From contig OZ059896.1 in the NCBI GenBank assembly GCA_964057225.1, forward strand, positions 21,204,001 to 21,268,000: a stretch of DNA of 64,000 bases. The letters run 5' to 3'. The stretch's first letter is position 1; the number at the start of each line of letters is the position of its first letter. Below, one piece after another: positions 28,801 to 44,269 of the stretch. Position numbers and translations under genes: made by a program. Below the pieces are notes generated by a model. The model saw nothing but the letters and a program-made list of their open reading frames with translations, made no database searches and was not told the origin of the DNA. The DNA is from Auanema rhodensis (Eukaryota; Animalia; Nematoda).

Positions 28801-31800
28801 TTGAGAAACGCTCAATACAAAAATTAGTTATGATCGTTTGAAAAATGATGCATTAGTGTATGTTGAGTTTCCATGTACACTCAACATTGCTTCCAAAAAC
28901 ATTTTGACAAAAATTTTTTCGAAAAATTTCAAAATAATTTAGCAAAAAGTAGATGTTTTTAGATTCCGTTTTTCAAGGCAAAGACGATGGACAATGTTAT
29001 TCAACGAAAAAATTAATTCTTCAGGGTGAAAATCGAGGATATAAGTGTGAACTTATATCAGTTGATATCTCGGTGCATTTTTAAGCTAGCGCAAATCTGA
29101 TAACACAGATCGACGCAGCTTAAAAATCCGCATCGAATGCACTATACTACATTGAGAAACGCTTGATACAAAAATTAGTTATGATCGTTTGAAAAATGAT
29201 GCATTAGTGTATGTTGAGTTTCCATGTACACTCAACATTGCTTCCAAAAACATTTTGACAAAAATTTTTTCGAAAAATTTCAAAATAATTTAGCAAAAAG
29301 TAGATGTTTTTAGATTCCTTTTTTCAAGGCAAAGACGATAGACAATGTTATTCAACGAAAAAATTAATTCTTCAGGGTGAAAATCGAGGATATAAGTGTG
29401 AACTTATATCAGTTGATATCTCGGAGCATTTTTAAGCTAGCGCAAATCTGATAACACAGATTGACGCAGCTTAAAAATCCGCATCGAATGCACTATACTA
29501 CATTGAGAAACGCTTGATACAACAATTAGTTATGATCGTTTGAAAAATGATGCATTAGTGTATGTTGAGTTTCCATGTACACTCAATATTGCTTCCAAAA
29601 ACATTTTGACAAAAATTTTTTCGAAAAATTTCAGAATAATTTAGCAAAAAGTAGATGTTTTTAGATTCCATTTTTCAAGGCAAAGACGATGGACAATGTT
29701 ATTCAACGAAAAAATTAATTCTTCAGGATGAAAATCGAGGATATAAGTGTGAACTTATATCAGTTGATATCTCGGTGCATTTTTAAGCTAGCGCAAATCT
29801 GATAACACAGATCGACGCAGCTTAAAAATCCGCATCGAATGCACTATACTACATTGAGAAACGCTTAATACAAAATTTAGTTATGATCGTTTGAAAAGTG
29901 ATGCATTAGTGTATGTTGAGTTTCCATGTACACTCAATATTGCTTCCAAAAACATTTTGACAAAAATTTTTTCGAAAAATTTCAAAATAATTTAGCAAAA
30001 AGTAGATGTTTTTAGATTCCTTTTTTCAAGGCAAAGACGATAGACAATGTTATTCAACGAAAAAATTAATTCTTCAGGGTGAAAATCGAGGATATAAGTG
30101 TGAACTTATATCAGTTGATATCTCGGAGCATTTTTAAGCTAGCGCAAATCTGATAACACAGATTGACGCAGCTTAAAAATCCGCATCGAATGCACTATAC
30201 TACATTGAGAAACGCTTGATACAACAATTAGTTATGATCGTTTGAAAAATGATGCATTAGTGTATGTTGAGTTTCCATGTACACTCAATATTGCTTCCAA
30301 AAACATTTTGACAAAAATTTTTTCGAAAAATTTCAAAATAATTTAGCAAAAAGTAGATGTTTTTAGATTCCATTTTTCAAGGCAAAGACGATGGACAATG
30401 TTATTCAACGAAAAAATTAATTCTTCAGGATGAAAATCGAGGATATAAGTGTGAACTTATATCAGTTGATATCTCGGTGCATTTTTAAGCTAGCGCAAAT
30501 CTGATAACACAGATCGACGCAGCTTAAAAATCCGCATCGAATGCACTATACTACATTGAGAAACGCTTAATACAAAATTTAGTTATGATCGTTTGAAAAA
30601 TGATGCATTAGTGTATGTTGAGTTTCCATGTACACTCAACATTGCTTCCAAAAACATTTTGACAAAAATTTTTTCAAAAAATTTCAAAATAATTTAGCAA
30701 AAAGTAGATGTTTTTAGATTCCATTTTTCAAGGCAAAGACGATGGACAATGTTATTCAACGAAAAAATTAATTCTTCAGGGTGAAAATCGAGGATATAAG
30801 TGTGAACTTATATCAGTTGATATCTCGGTGCATTTTTAAGCTAGCGCAAATCTGATAACACAGATCGACGCAGCTTAAAAATCCGCATCGAATGCACTAT
30901 ACTACATTGAGAAACGCTCAATACAAAAATTAGTTATGATTGTTTGAAAAATGATGCATTAGTGTATGTTGAGTTTCCATGTACACTCAACATTGCTTCC
31001 AAAAACATTTTGACAAAAATTTTTTCGAAAAATTTCAAAATAATTTAGCAAAAAGTAGATGTTTTTAGATTCCTTTTTTCAAGGCAAAGACGATGGACAA
31101 TGTTATTCAACGAAAAAATTAATTCTTCAGGGTGAAAATCGAGGATATAAGTGTGAACTTATATCAGTTGATATCTCGGAGCATTTTTAAGCTAGCGCAA
31201 ATCTGATAACACAGATTGACGCAGCTTAAAAATCCGCATCGAATGCACTATACTACATTGAGAAACGCTTGATACAACAATTAGTTATGATCGTTTGAAA
31301 AATGATGCATTAGTGTATGTTGAGTTTCCATGTACACTCAATATTGCTTCCAAAAACATTTTGACAAAAATTTTTTCGAAAAATTTCAAAATAATTTAGC
31401 AAAAAGTAGATGTTTTTAGATTCCATTTTTCAAGGCAAAGACGATGGACAATGTTATTCAACGAAAAAATTAATTCTTCAGGATGAAAATCGAGGATATA
31501 AGTGTGAACATATATCAGTTGATATCTCGGTGCATTTTTAAGCTAGCGCAAATCTGATAACACAGATCGACGCAGCTTAAAAATCCGCATCGAATGCACT
31601 ATACTACATTGAGAAACGCTTAATACAAAATTTAGTTATGATCGTTTGAAAAATGATGCATTAGTGTATGTTGAGTTTCCATGTACACTCAACATTGCTT
31701 CCAAAAACATTTTGACAAAAATTTTTTCGAAAAATTTCAAAATAATTTAGCAAAAAGTAGATGTTTTTAGATTCCATTTTTCAAGGCAAAGACGATGGAC

Positions 31801-32399
31801 AATGTTATTCAACGAAAAAATTAATTCTTCAGGGTGAAAATCGAGGATATAAGTGTGAACTTATATCAGTTGATATCTCGGTGCATTTTTAAGCTAGCGC
31901 AAATCTGATAACACAGATCGACGCAGCTTAAAAATCCGCATCGAATGCACTATACTACATTGAGAAACGCTTGATACAAAAATTAGTTATGATCGTTTGA
32001 AAAATGATGCATTAGTGTATGTTGAGTTTCCATGTACACTCAACATTGCTTCCAAAAACATTTTGACAAAAATTTTTTCGAAAAATTTCAAAATAATTTA
32101 GCAAAAAGTAGATGTTTTTAGATTCCTTTTTTCAAGGCAAAGACGATAGACAATGTTATTCAACGAAAAAATTAATTCTTCAGGGTGAAAATCGAGGATA
32201 TAAGTGTGAACTTATATCAGTTGATATCTCGGAGCATTTTTAAGCTAGCGCAAATCTGATAACACAGATTGACGCAGCTTAAAAATCCGCATCGAATGCA
32301 CTATACTACATTGAGAAACGCTTGATACAACAATTAGTTATGATCGTTTGAAAAATGATGCATTAGTGTATGTTGAGTTTCCATGTACACTCAATATTG

Positions 32400-35300
32400 C
32401 TTCCAAAAACATTTTGACAAAAATTTTTTCGAAAAATTTCAAAATAATTTAGCAAAAAGTAGATGTTTTTAGATTCCATTTTTCAAGGCAAAGACGATGG
32501 ACAATGTTATTCAACGAAAAAATTAATTCTTCAGGATGAAAATCGAGGATATAAGTGTGAACTTATATCAGTTGATATCTCGGTGCATTTTTAAGCTAGC
32601 GCAAATCTGATAACACAGATCGACGCAGCTTAAAAATCCGCATCGAATGCACTATACTACATTGAGAAACGCTTAATACAAAATTTAGTTATGATCGTTT
32701 GAAAAATGATGCATTAGTGTATGTTGAGTTTCCATGTACACTCAACATTGCTTCCAAAAACATTTTGACAAAAATTTTTTCGAAAAATTTCAAAATAATT
32801 TAGCAAAAAGTAGATGTTTTTAGATTCCATTTTTCAAGGCAAAGACGATGGACAATGTTATTCAACGAAAAAATTAATTCTTCAGGGTGAAAATCGAGGA
32901 TATAAGTGTGAACTTATATCAGTTGATATCTCGGTGCATTTTTAAGCTAGCGCAAATCTGATAACACAGATCGACGCAGCTTAAAAATCCGCATCGAATG
33001 CACTATACTACATTGAGAAACGCTCAATACAAAAATTAGTTATGATTGTTTGAAAAATGATGCATTAGTGTATGTTGAGTTTCCATGTACACTCAACATT
33101 GCTTCCAAAAACATTTTGACAAAAATTTTTTCGAAAAATTTCAAAATAATTTAGCAAAAAGTAGATGTTTTTAGATTCCTTTTTTCAAGGCAAAGACGAT
33201 GGACAATGTTATTCAACGAAAAAATTAATTCTTCAGGGTGAAAATCGAGGATATAAGTGTGAACTTATATCAGTTGATATCTCGGTGCATTTTTAAGCTA
33301 GCGCAAATCTGATAACACAGATCGACGCAGCTTAAAAATCCGCATCGAATGCACTATACTACATTGAGAAACGCTCAATACAAAAATTAGTTATGATTGT
33401 TTGAAAAATGATGCATTAGTGTATGTTGAGTTTCCATGTACACTCAACATTGCTTCCAAAAACATTTTGACAAAAATTTTTTCGAAAAATTTCAAAATAA
33501 TTTAGCAAAAAGTAGATGTTTTTAGATTCCTTTTTTCAAGGCAAAGACGATGGACAATGTTATTCAACGAAAAATTTAATTCTTCAGGGTGAAAATCGAG
33601 GATATAAGTGTGAACTTATATCAGTTGATATCTCGGAGCATTTTTAAGCTAGCGCAAATCTGATAACACAGATTGACGCAGCTTAAAAATCCGCATCGAA
33701 TGCACTATACTACATTGAGAAACGCTTAATACAAAATTTAGTTATGATCGTTTGAAAAATGATGCATTAGTGTATGTTGAGTTTCCATGTACACTCAACA
33801 TTGCTTCCAAAAACATTTTGACAAAAATTTTTTCGAAAAATTTCAAAATAATTTAGCAAAAAGTAGATGTTTTTAGATTCCATTTTTCAAGGAAAAGACG
33901 ATGGACAATGTTATTCAACGAAAAAATTAATTCTTCAGGGTGAAAATCGAGGATATAAGTGTGAACTTATATCAGTTGATATCTCGGTGCATTTTTAAGC
34001 TAGCGCAAATCTGATAACACAGATCGACGCAGCTTAAAAATCCGCATCGAATGCACTATACTACATTGAGAAACGCTCAATACAAAAATTAGTTATGATT
34101 GTTTGAAAAATGATGCATTAGTGTATGTTGAGTTTCCATGTACACTAAACATTGCTTCCAAAAACATTTTGACAAAAATTTTTTCGAAAAATTTCAAAAT
34201 AATTTAGCAAAAAGTAGATGTTTTTAGATTCCTTTTTTCAAGGCAAAGACGATGGACAATGTTATTCAACGAAAAAATTAATTCTTCAGGGTGAAAATCG
34301 AGGATATAAGTGTGAACTTATATCAGTTGATATCTCGGTGCATTTTTAAGCTAGCGCAAATCTGATAACACAGATCGACGCAGCTTTAAAATCCGCATCG
34401 AATGCACTATACTACATTGAGAAACGCTTAATACAAAAATTAGTTCTGATCGTTTGAAAAATGATGCATTAGTGTATGTTGAGTTTCCATGTACACTCAA
34501 CATTGCTTCCAAAAACATTTTGACAAAAATTTTTTCGAAAAATTTCAAAATAATTTAGCAAAACGTAGATGTTTTTAGATTCCATTTTTCAAGGCAAAGA
34601 CGATGGACAATGTTATTCAACGAAAAAATTAATTCTTCAGGGTGAAAATCGAGGATATAAGTGTGAACTTATATCAGTTGATATCTCGGTGCATTTTTAA
34701 GCTAGCGCAAATCTGATAACACAGATCGACGCAGCTTAAAAATCCGCATCGAATGCACTATACTACATTGAGAAACACTTAATACAAAAATTAGTTATGA
34801 TCGTTTGAAAAATGATGCATTAGTGTATGTTGAGTTTCCATGTACACTCAACATTGCTTCCAAAAACATTTTGACAAAAATTTTTTCGAATAATTTCAAA
34901 ATAATTTAGCAAAAAGTAGATGTTTTTAGATTCCATTTCTCAAGGCAAAGACGATGGACAATGTTATTCAACGAAAAAATTAATTCTTCAGGGTGAAAAT
35001 CGAGGATATAAGTGTGAACTTATATCAGTTGATATCTCGGTGCATTTTTAAGCTAGCGCAAATCTGATAAAACAGATCGACGCAGCTTAAAAATCCGCAT
35101 CGAATGCACTATACTACATTGAGAAACGCTTAATACAAAAATTAGTTATGATCGTTTGAAAAATGATGCATTAGTGTATGTTGAGTTTCCATGTACACTC
35201 AACATTGCTTCCAAAAACATTTTGACAAAAATTTTTTCGAAAAATTTCAAAATAATTTAGCAAAAAGTAGATGTTTTTAGATTCCGTTTTTCAAGGCAAA

Positions 35301-38300
35301 GACGATGGACAATGTTATTCAACGAAAAAATTAATTCTTCAGGGTGAAAATCGAGGATATAAGTGTGAACTTATATCAGTTGATATCTCGGTGCATTTTT
35401 AAGCTAGCGCAAATCTGATAACACAGATCGACGCAGCTTAAAAATCCGCATCGAATGCACTATACTACATTGAGAAACGCTCAATACAAAAATTAGTTAT
35501 GATTGTTTGAAAAATGATGCATTAGTGTATGTTGAGTTTCCATGTACACTAAACATTGCTTCCAAAAACATTTTGACAAAAATTTTTTCGAAAAATTTCA
35601 AAATAATTTAGCAAAAAGTAGATGTTTTTAGATTCCTTTTTTCAAGGCAAAGACGATGGACAATGTTATTCAACGAAAAAATTAATTCTTCAGGGTGAAA
35701 ATCGAGGATATAAGTGTGAACTTATATCAGTTGATATCTCGGTGCATTTTTAAGCTAGCGCAAATCTGATAACACAGATCGACGCAGCTTTAAAATCCGC
35801 ATCGAATGCACTATACTACATTGAGAAACGCTTAATACAAAAATTAGTTCTGATCGTTTGAAAAATGATGCATTAGTGTATGTTGAGTTTCCATGTACAC
35901 TCAACATTGCTTCCAAAAACATTTTGACAAAAATTTTTTCGAAAAATTTCAAAATAATTTAGCAAAACGTAGATGTTTTTAGATTTCATTTTTCAAGGCA
36001 AAGACGATGGACAATGTTATTCAACGAAAAAATTAATTCTTCAGGGTGAAAATCGAGGATATAAGTGTGAACTTATATCAGTTGATATCTCGGTGCATTT
36101 TTAAGCTAGCGCAAATCTGATAACACAGATCGACGCAGCTTAAAAATCCGCATCGAATGCACTATACTACATTGAGAAACGCTTAATACAAAAATTAGTT
36201 ATGATCGTTTGAAAAATGATGCATTAGTGTATGTTGAGTTTCCATGTACACTCAACATTGCTTCCAAAAACATTTTGACAAAAATTTTTTCGAAAAATTT
36301 CAGAATAATTTAGCAAAAAGTAGATGTTTTTAGATTCCATTTTTCAAGGCAAAGACGATGGACAATGTTATTCAACGAAAAAATTAATTCTTCAGGGTGA
36401 AAATCGAGGATATAAGTGTGAACTTATATCAGTTGATATCTCGGTGCATTTTTAAGCTAGCGCAAATCTGATAAAACAGATCGACGCAGCTTAAAAATCC
36501 GCATCGAATGCACTATACTACATTGAGAAACGCTTAATACAAAAATTAGTTATGATCGTTTGAAAAATGATGCATTAGTGTATGTTGAGTTTCCATGTAC
36601 ACTCAACATTGCTTCCAAAAACATTTTGACAAAAATTTTTTCGAAAAATTTCAAAATAATTTAGCAAAAAGTAGATGTTTTTAGATTCCATTTCTCAAGG
36701 CAAAGACGATCGACAATGTTATTCAACGAAAAAATTAATTCTTCAGGGTGAAAATCGAGGATATAAGTGTGAACTTATATCAGTTGATATCTCGGTGCAA
36801 TTTTAAGCTAGCGCAAATCTGATAACACAGATCGACGCAGCTCAAAAATCCGCATCGAATGCACTATACTACAGTGAGAAACGCTTGATACAAAAATTAG
36901 TTATGATCGTTTGAAAAATGATGCATTAGTGTATGTTGAGTTTCCATGTACACTCAACATTGCTTCCAAAAACATTTTGACAAAAATTTTTTCGAAAAAT
37001 TTCAAAATAATTTAGCAAAAAGTAGATGTTTTTAGATTCCATTTTTCAAGGCAAAGACGATGGACAATGTTATTCAACGAAAAAATTAATTCTTCAGGGT
37101 GAAAATCGAGGATATAAGTGTGAACTTATATCAGTTGATATCTCGGTGCATTTTTAAGCTAGCGCAAATCTGATAACACAGATCGACGCAGCTTAAAAAT
37201 CCGGATCGAATGCACTATACTACATTGAGAAACGCTCAATACAAAAATTAGTTATGATCGTTTGAAAAATGATGCATTAGTGTATGTTGAGTTTCCATGT
37301 ACACTCAACATTGCTTCCAAAAACATTTTGACAAAAATTTTTTCGAAAAATTTCAAAATAATTTAGCAAAACGTAGATGTTTTTAGATTTCATTTTTCAA
37401 GGCAAAGACGATGGACAATGTTATTCAACGAAAAAATTAATTCTTCAGGGTGAAAATCGAGGATATAAGTGTGAACTTATATCAGTTGATATCTCGGTGC
37501 ATTTTTAAGCTAGCGCAAATCTGATAACACAGATCGACGCAGCTTAAAAATCCGCATCGAATGCACTATACTACATTGAGAAACGCTTAATACAAAAATT
37601 AGTTATGATCGTTTGAAAAATGATGCATTAGTGTATGTTGAGTTTCCATGTACACTCAACATTGCTTCCAAAAACATTTTGACAAAAATTTTTTCGAAAA
37701 ATTTCAGAATAATTTAGCAAAAAGTAGATGTTTTTAGATTCCATTTTTCAAGGCAAAGACGATGGACAATGTTATTCAACGAAAAAATTAATTCTTCAGG
37801 GTGAAAATCGAGGATATAAGTGTGAACTTATATCAGTTGATATCTCGGTGCATTTTTAAGCTAGCGCAAATCTGATAGAACAGATCGACGCAGCTTAAAA
37901 ATCCGCATCGAATGCACTATACTACATTGAGAAACGCTTAATACAAAAATTAGTTATGATCGTTTGAAAAATGATGCATTAGTGTATGTTGAGTTTCCAT
38001 GTACACTCAACATTGCTTCCAAAAACATTTTGACAAAAATTTTTTCGAAAAATTTCAAAATAATTTAGCAAAAAGTAGATGTTTTTAGATTCCATTTTTC
38101 AAGGCAAAGACGATGGACAATGTTATTCAACGAAAAAATTAATTCTTCAGGATGAAAATCGAGGATATAAGTGTGAACTTATATCAGTTGATATCTCGGT
38201 GCATTTTTAAGCTAGCGCAAATCTGATAACACAGATCGACGCAGCTTAAAAATCCGCATCGAATGCACTATACTACATTGAGAAACGCTTAATACAAAAT

Positions 38301-41300
38301 TTAGTTATGATCGTTTGAAAAATGATGCATTAGTGTATGTTGAGTTTCCATGTACACTCAACATTGCTTCCAAAAACATTTTGACAAAAATTTTTTCGAA
38401 AAATTTCAAAATAATTTAGCAAAAAGTAGATGTTTTTAGATTCCATTTTTCAAGGCAAAGACGATGGACAATGTTATTCAACGAAAAAATTAATTCTTCA
38501 GGGTGAAAATCGAGGATATAAGTGTGAACTTATATCAGTTGATATCTCGGTGCATTTTTAAGCTAGCGCAAATCTGATAACACAGATCGACGCAGCTTAA
38601 AAATCCGCATCGAATGCACTATACTACATTGAGAAACGCTCAATACAAAAATTAGTTATGATTGTTTGAAAAATGATGCATTAGTGTATGTTGAGTTTCC
38701 ATGTACACTCAACATTGCTTCCAAAAACATTTTGACAAAAATTTTTTCGAAAAATTTCAAAATAATTTAGCAAAAAGTAGATGTTTTTAGATTCCTTTTT
38801 TCAAGGCAAAGACGATGGACAATGTTATTCAACGAAAAAATTAATTCTTCAGGGTGAAAATCGAGGATATAAGTGTGAACTTATATCAGTTGATATCTCG
38901 GTGCATTTTTAAGCTAGCGCAAATCTGATAACACAGATCGACGCAGCTTAAAAATCCGCATCGAATGCACTATACTACATTGAGAAACGCTCAATACAAA
39001 AATTAGTTATGATTGTTTGAAAAATGATGCATTAGTGTATGTTGAGTTTCCATGTACACTCAACATTGCTTCCAAAAACATTTTGACAAAAATTTTTTCG
39101 AAAAATTTCAAAATAATTTAGCAAAAAGTAGATGTTTTTAGATTCCTTTTTTCAAGGCAAAGACGATGGACAATGTTATTCAACGAAAAAATTAATTCTT
39201 CAGGGTGAAAATCGAGGATATAAGTGTGAACTTATATCAGTTGATATCTCGGAGCATTTTTAAGCTAGCGCAAATCTGATAACACAGATTGACGCAGCTT
39301 AAAAATCCGCATCGAATGCACTATACTACATTGAGAAACGCTTAATACAAAATTTAGTTATGATCGTTTGAAAAATGATGCATTAGTGTATGTTGAGTTT
39401 CCATGTACACTCAACATTGCTTCCAAAAACATTTTGACAAAAATTTTTTCGAAAAATTTCAAAATAATTTAGCAAAAAGTAGATGTTTTTAGATTCCATT
39501 TTTCAAGGAAAAGACGATGGACAATGTTATTCAACGAAAAAATTAATTCTTCAGGGTGAAAATCGAGGATATAAGTGTGAACTTATATCAGTTGATATCT
39601 CGGTGCATTTTTAAGCTAGCGCAAATCTGATAACACAGATCGACGCAGCTTAAAAATCCGCATCGAATGCACTATACTACATTGAGAAACGCTCAATACA
39701 AAAATTAGTTATGATTGTTTGAAAAATGATGCATTAGTGTATGTTGAGTTTCCATGTACACTAAACATTGCTTCCAAAAACATTTTGACAAAAATTTTTT
39801 CGAAAAATTTCAAAATAATTTAGCAAAAAGTAGATGTTTTTAGATTCCTTTTTTCAAGGCAAAGACGATGGACAATGTTATTCAACGAAAAAATTAATTC
39901 TTCAGGGTGAAAATCGAGGATATAAGTGTGAACTTATATCAGTTGATATCTCGGTGCATTTTTAAGCTAGCGCAAATCTGATAACACAGATCGACGCAGC
40001 TTTAAAATCCGCATCGAATGCACTATACTACATTGAGAAACGCTTAATACAAAAATTAGTTCTGATCGTTTGAAAAATGATGCATTAGTGTATGTTGAGT
40101 TTCCATGTACACTCAACATTGCTTCCAAAAACATTTTGACAAAAATTTTTTCGAAAAATTTCAAAATAATTTAGCAAAACGTAGATGTTTTTAGATTCCA
40201 TTTTTCAAGGCAAAGACGATGGACAATGTTATTCAACGAAAAAATTAATTCTTCAGGGTGAAAATCGAGGATATAAGTGTGAACTTATATCAGTTGATAT
40301 CTCGGTGCATTTTTAAGCTAGCGCAAATCTGATAACACAGATCGACGCAGCTTAAAAATCCGCATCGAATGCACTATACTACATTGAGAAACACTTAATA
40401 CAAAAATTAGTTATGATCGTTTGAAAAATGATGCATTAGTGTATGTTGAGTTTCCATGTACACTCAACATTGCTTCCAAAAACATTTTGACAAAAATTTT
40501 TTCGAATAATTTCAAAATAATTTAGCAAAAAGTAGATGTTTTTAGATTCCATTTCTCAAGGCAAAGACGATGGACAATGTTATTCAACGAAAAAATTAAT
40601 TCTTCAGGGTGAAAATCGAGGATATAAGTGTGAACTTATATCAGTTGATATCTCGGTGCATTTTTAAGCTAGCGCAAATCTGATAAAACAGATCGACGCA
40701 GCTTAAAAATCCGCATCGAATGCACTATACTACATTGAGAAACGCTTAATACAAAAATTAGTTATGATCGTTTGAAAAATGATGCATTAGTGTATGTTGA
40801 GTTTCCATGTACACTCAACATTGCTTCCAAAAACATTTTGACAAAAATTTTTTCGAAAAATTTCAAAATAATTTAGCAAAAAGTAGATGTTTTTAGATTC
40901 CGTTTTTCAAGGCAAAGACGATGGACAATGTTATTCAACGAAAAAATTAATTCTTCAGGGTGAAAATCGAGGATATAAGTGTGAACTTATATCAGTTGAT
41001 ATCTCGGTGCATTTTTAAGCTAGCGCAAATCTGATAACACAGATCGACGCAGCTTAAAAATCCGCATCGAATGCACTATACTACATTGAGAAACGCTCAA
41101 TACAAAAATTAGTTATGATTGTTTGAAAAATGATGCATTAGTGTATGTTGAGTTTCCATGTACACTAAACATTGCTTCCAAAAACATTTTGACAAAAATT
41201 TTTTCGAAAAATTTCAAAATAATTTAGCAAAAAGTAGATGTTTTTAGATTCCTTTTTTCAAGGCAAAGACGATGGACAATGTTATTCAACGAAAAAATTA

Positions 41301-43460
41301 ATTCTTCAGGGTGAAAATCGAGGATATAAGTGTGAACTTATATCAGTTGATATCTCGGTGCATTTTTAAGCTAGCGCAAATCTGATAACACAGATCGACG
41401 CAGCTTTAAAATCCGCATCGAATGCACTATACTACATTGAGAAACGCTTAATACAAAAATTAGTTCTGATCGTTTGAAAAATGATGCATTAGTGTATGTT
41501 GAGTTTCCATGTACACTCAACATTGCTTCCAAAAACATTTTGACAAAAATTTTTTCGAAAAATTTCAAAATAATTTAGCAAAACGTAGATGTTTTTAGAT
41601 TTCATTTTTCAAGGCAAAGACGATGGACAATGTTATTCAACGAAAAAATTAATTCTTCAGGGTGAAAATCGAGGATATAAGTGTGAACTTATATCAGTTG
41701 ATATCTCGGTGCATTTTTAAGCTAGCGCAAATCTGATAACACAGATCGACGCAGCTTAAAAATCCGCATCGAATGCACTATACTACATTGAGAAACGCTT
41801 AATACAAAAATTAGTTATGATCGTTTGAAAAATGATGCATTAGTGTATGTTGAGTTTCCATGTACACTCAACATTGCTTCCAAAAACATTTTGACAAAAA
41901 TTTTTTCGAAAAATTTCAGAATAATTTAGCAAAAAGTAGATGTTTTTAGATTCCATTTTTCAAGGCAAAGACGATGGACAATGTTATTCAACGAAAAAAT
42001 TAATTCTTCAGGGTGAAAATCGAGGATATAAGTGTGAACTTATATCAGTTGATATCTCGGTGCATTTTTAAGCTAGCGCAAATCTGATAAAACAGATCGA
42101 CGCAGCTTAAAAATCCGCATCGAATGCACTATACTACATTGAGAAACGCTTAATACAAAAATTAGTTATGATCGTTTGAAAAATGATGCATTAGTGTATG
42201 TTGAGTTTCCATGTACACTCAACATTGCTTCCAAAAACATTTTGACAAAAATTTTTTCGAAAAATTTCAAAATAATTTAGCAAAAAGTAGATGTTTTTAG
42301 ATTCCATTTCTCAAGGCAAAGACGATCGACAATGTTATTCAACGAAAAAATTAATTCTTCAGGGTGAAAATCGAGGATATAAGTGTGAACTTATATCAGT
42401 TGATATCTCGGTGCAATTTTAAGCTAGCGCAAATCTGATAACACAGATCGACGCAGCTCAAAAATCCGCATCGAATGCACTATACTACAGTGAGAAACGC
42501 TTGATACAAAAATTAGTTATGATCGTTTGAAAAATGATGCATTAGTGTATGTTGAGTTTCCATGTACACTCAACATTGCTTCCAAAAACATTTTGACAAA
42601 AATTTTTTCGGAAAATTTCAAAATAATTTAGCAAAAAGTAGATGTTTTTAGATTCCATTTTTCAAGGCAAAGACGATGGACAATGTTATTCAACGAAAAA
42701 ATTAATTCTTCAGGGTGAAAATCGAGGATATAAGTGTGAACTTATATCAGTTGATATCTCGGTGCATTTTTAAGCTAGCGCAAATCTGATAACACAGATC
42801 GACGCAGCTTAAAAATCCGGATCGAATGCACTATACTACATTGAGAAACGCTCAATACAAAAATTAGTTATGATCGTTTGAAAAATGATGCATTAGTGTA
42901 TGTTGAGTTTCCATGTACACTCAACATTGCTTCCAAAAACATTTTGACAAAAATTTTTTCGAAAAATTTCAAAATAATTTAGCAAAACGTAGATGTTTTT
43001 AGATTTCATTTTTCAAGGCAAAGACGATGGACAATGTTATTCAACGAAAAAATTAATTCTTCAGGGTGAAAATCGAGGATATAAGTGTGAACTTATATCA
43101 GTTGATATCTCGGTGCATTTTTAAGCTAGCGCAAATCTGATAACACAGATCGACGCAGCTTAAAAATCCGCATCGAATGCACTATACTACATTGAGAAAC
43201 GCTTAATACAAAAATTAGTTATGATCGTTTGAAAAATGATGCATTAGTGTATGTTGAGTTTCCATGTACACTCAACATTGCTTCCAAAAACATTTTGACA
43301 AAAATTTTTTCGAAAAATTTCAGAATAATTTAGCAAAAAGTAGATGTTTTTAGATTCCATTTTTCAAGGCAAAGACGATGGACAATGTTATTCAACGAAA
43401 AAATTAATTCTTCAGGGTGAAAATCGAGGATATAAGTGTGAACTTATATCAGTTGATATC
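32400..43460. repeat. 16-monomer (5616-bp) tandem duplication, block 1 (boundaries approximate)
   Basis: Private variants recur at exactly 5616 bp: AGGAAAAG 33893/39509, CGAATAAT 34891/40507, GATCGACAAT 36711/42327. ORF-bearing monomers follow the same spacing: 34351/39967 and 35755/41371. Confidence 0.92.
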
Positions 43461-44269
43461 TCGGTGCAATTTTAAGCTAGCGCAAATCTGATAACACAGA
43501 TCGACGCAGCTCAAAAATCCGCATCGAATGCACTATACTACAGTGAGAAACGCTTGATACAAAAATTAGTTATGATCGTTTGAAAAATGATGCATTAGTG
43601 TATGTTGAGTTTCCATGTACACTCAACATTGCTTCCAAAAACATTTTGACAAAAATTTTTTCGAAAAATTTCAAAATAATTTAGCAAAAAGTAGATGTTT
43701 TTAGATTCCATTTTTCAAGGCAAAGACGATGGACAATGTTATTCAACGAAAAAATTAATTCTTCAGGGTGAAAATCGAGGATATAAGTGTGAACTTATAT
43801 CAGTTGATATCTCGGTGCATTTTTAAGCTAGCGCAAATCTGATAACACAGATCGACGCAGCTTAAAAATCCGGATCGAATGCACTATACTACATTGAGAA
43901 ACGCTCAATACAAAAATTAGTTATGATCGTTTGAAAAATGATGCATTAGTGTATGTTGAGTTTCCATGTACACTCAACATTGCTTCCAAAAACATTTTGA
44001 CAAAAATTTTTTCGAAAAATTTCAAAATAATTTAGCAAAAAGTAGATGTTTTTAGATTCCGTTTTTCAAGGCAAAGACGATGGACAATGTTATTCAACGA
44101 AAAAATTAATTCTTCAGGGTGAAAATCGAGGATATAAGTGTGAACTTATATCAGTTGATATCTCGGTGCATTTTTAAGCTAGCGCAAATCTGATAACACA
44201 GATCGACGCAGCTTAAAAATCCGCATCGAATGCACTATACTACATTGAGAAACGCTTGATACAAAAATT

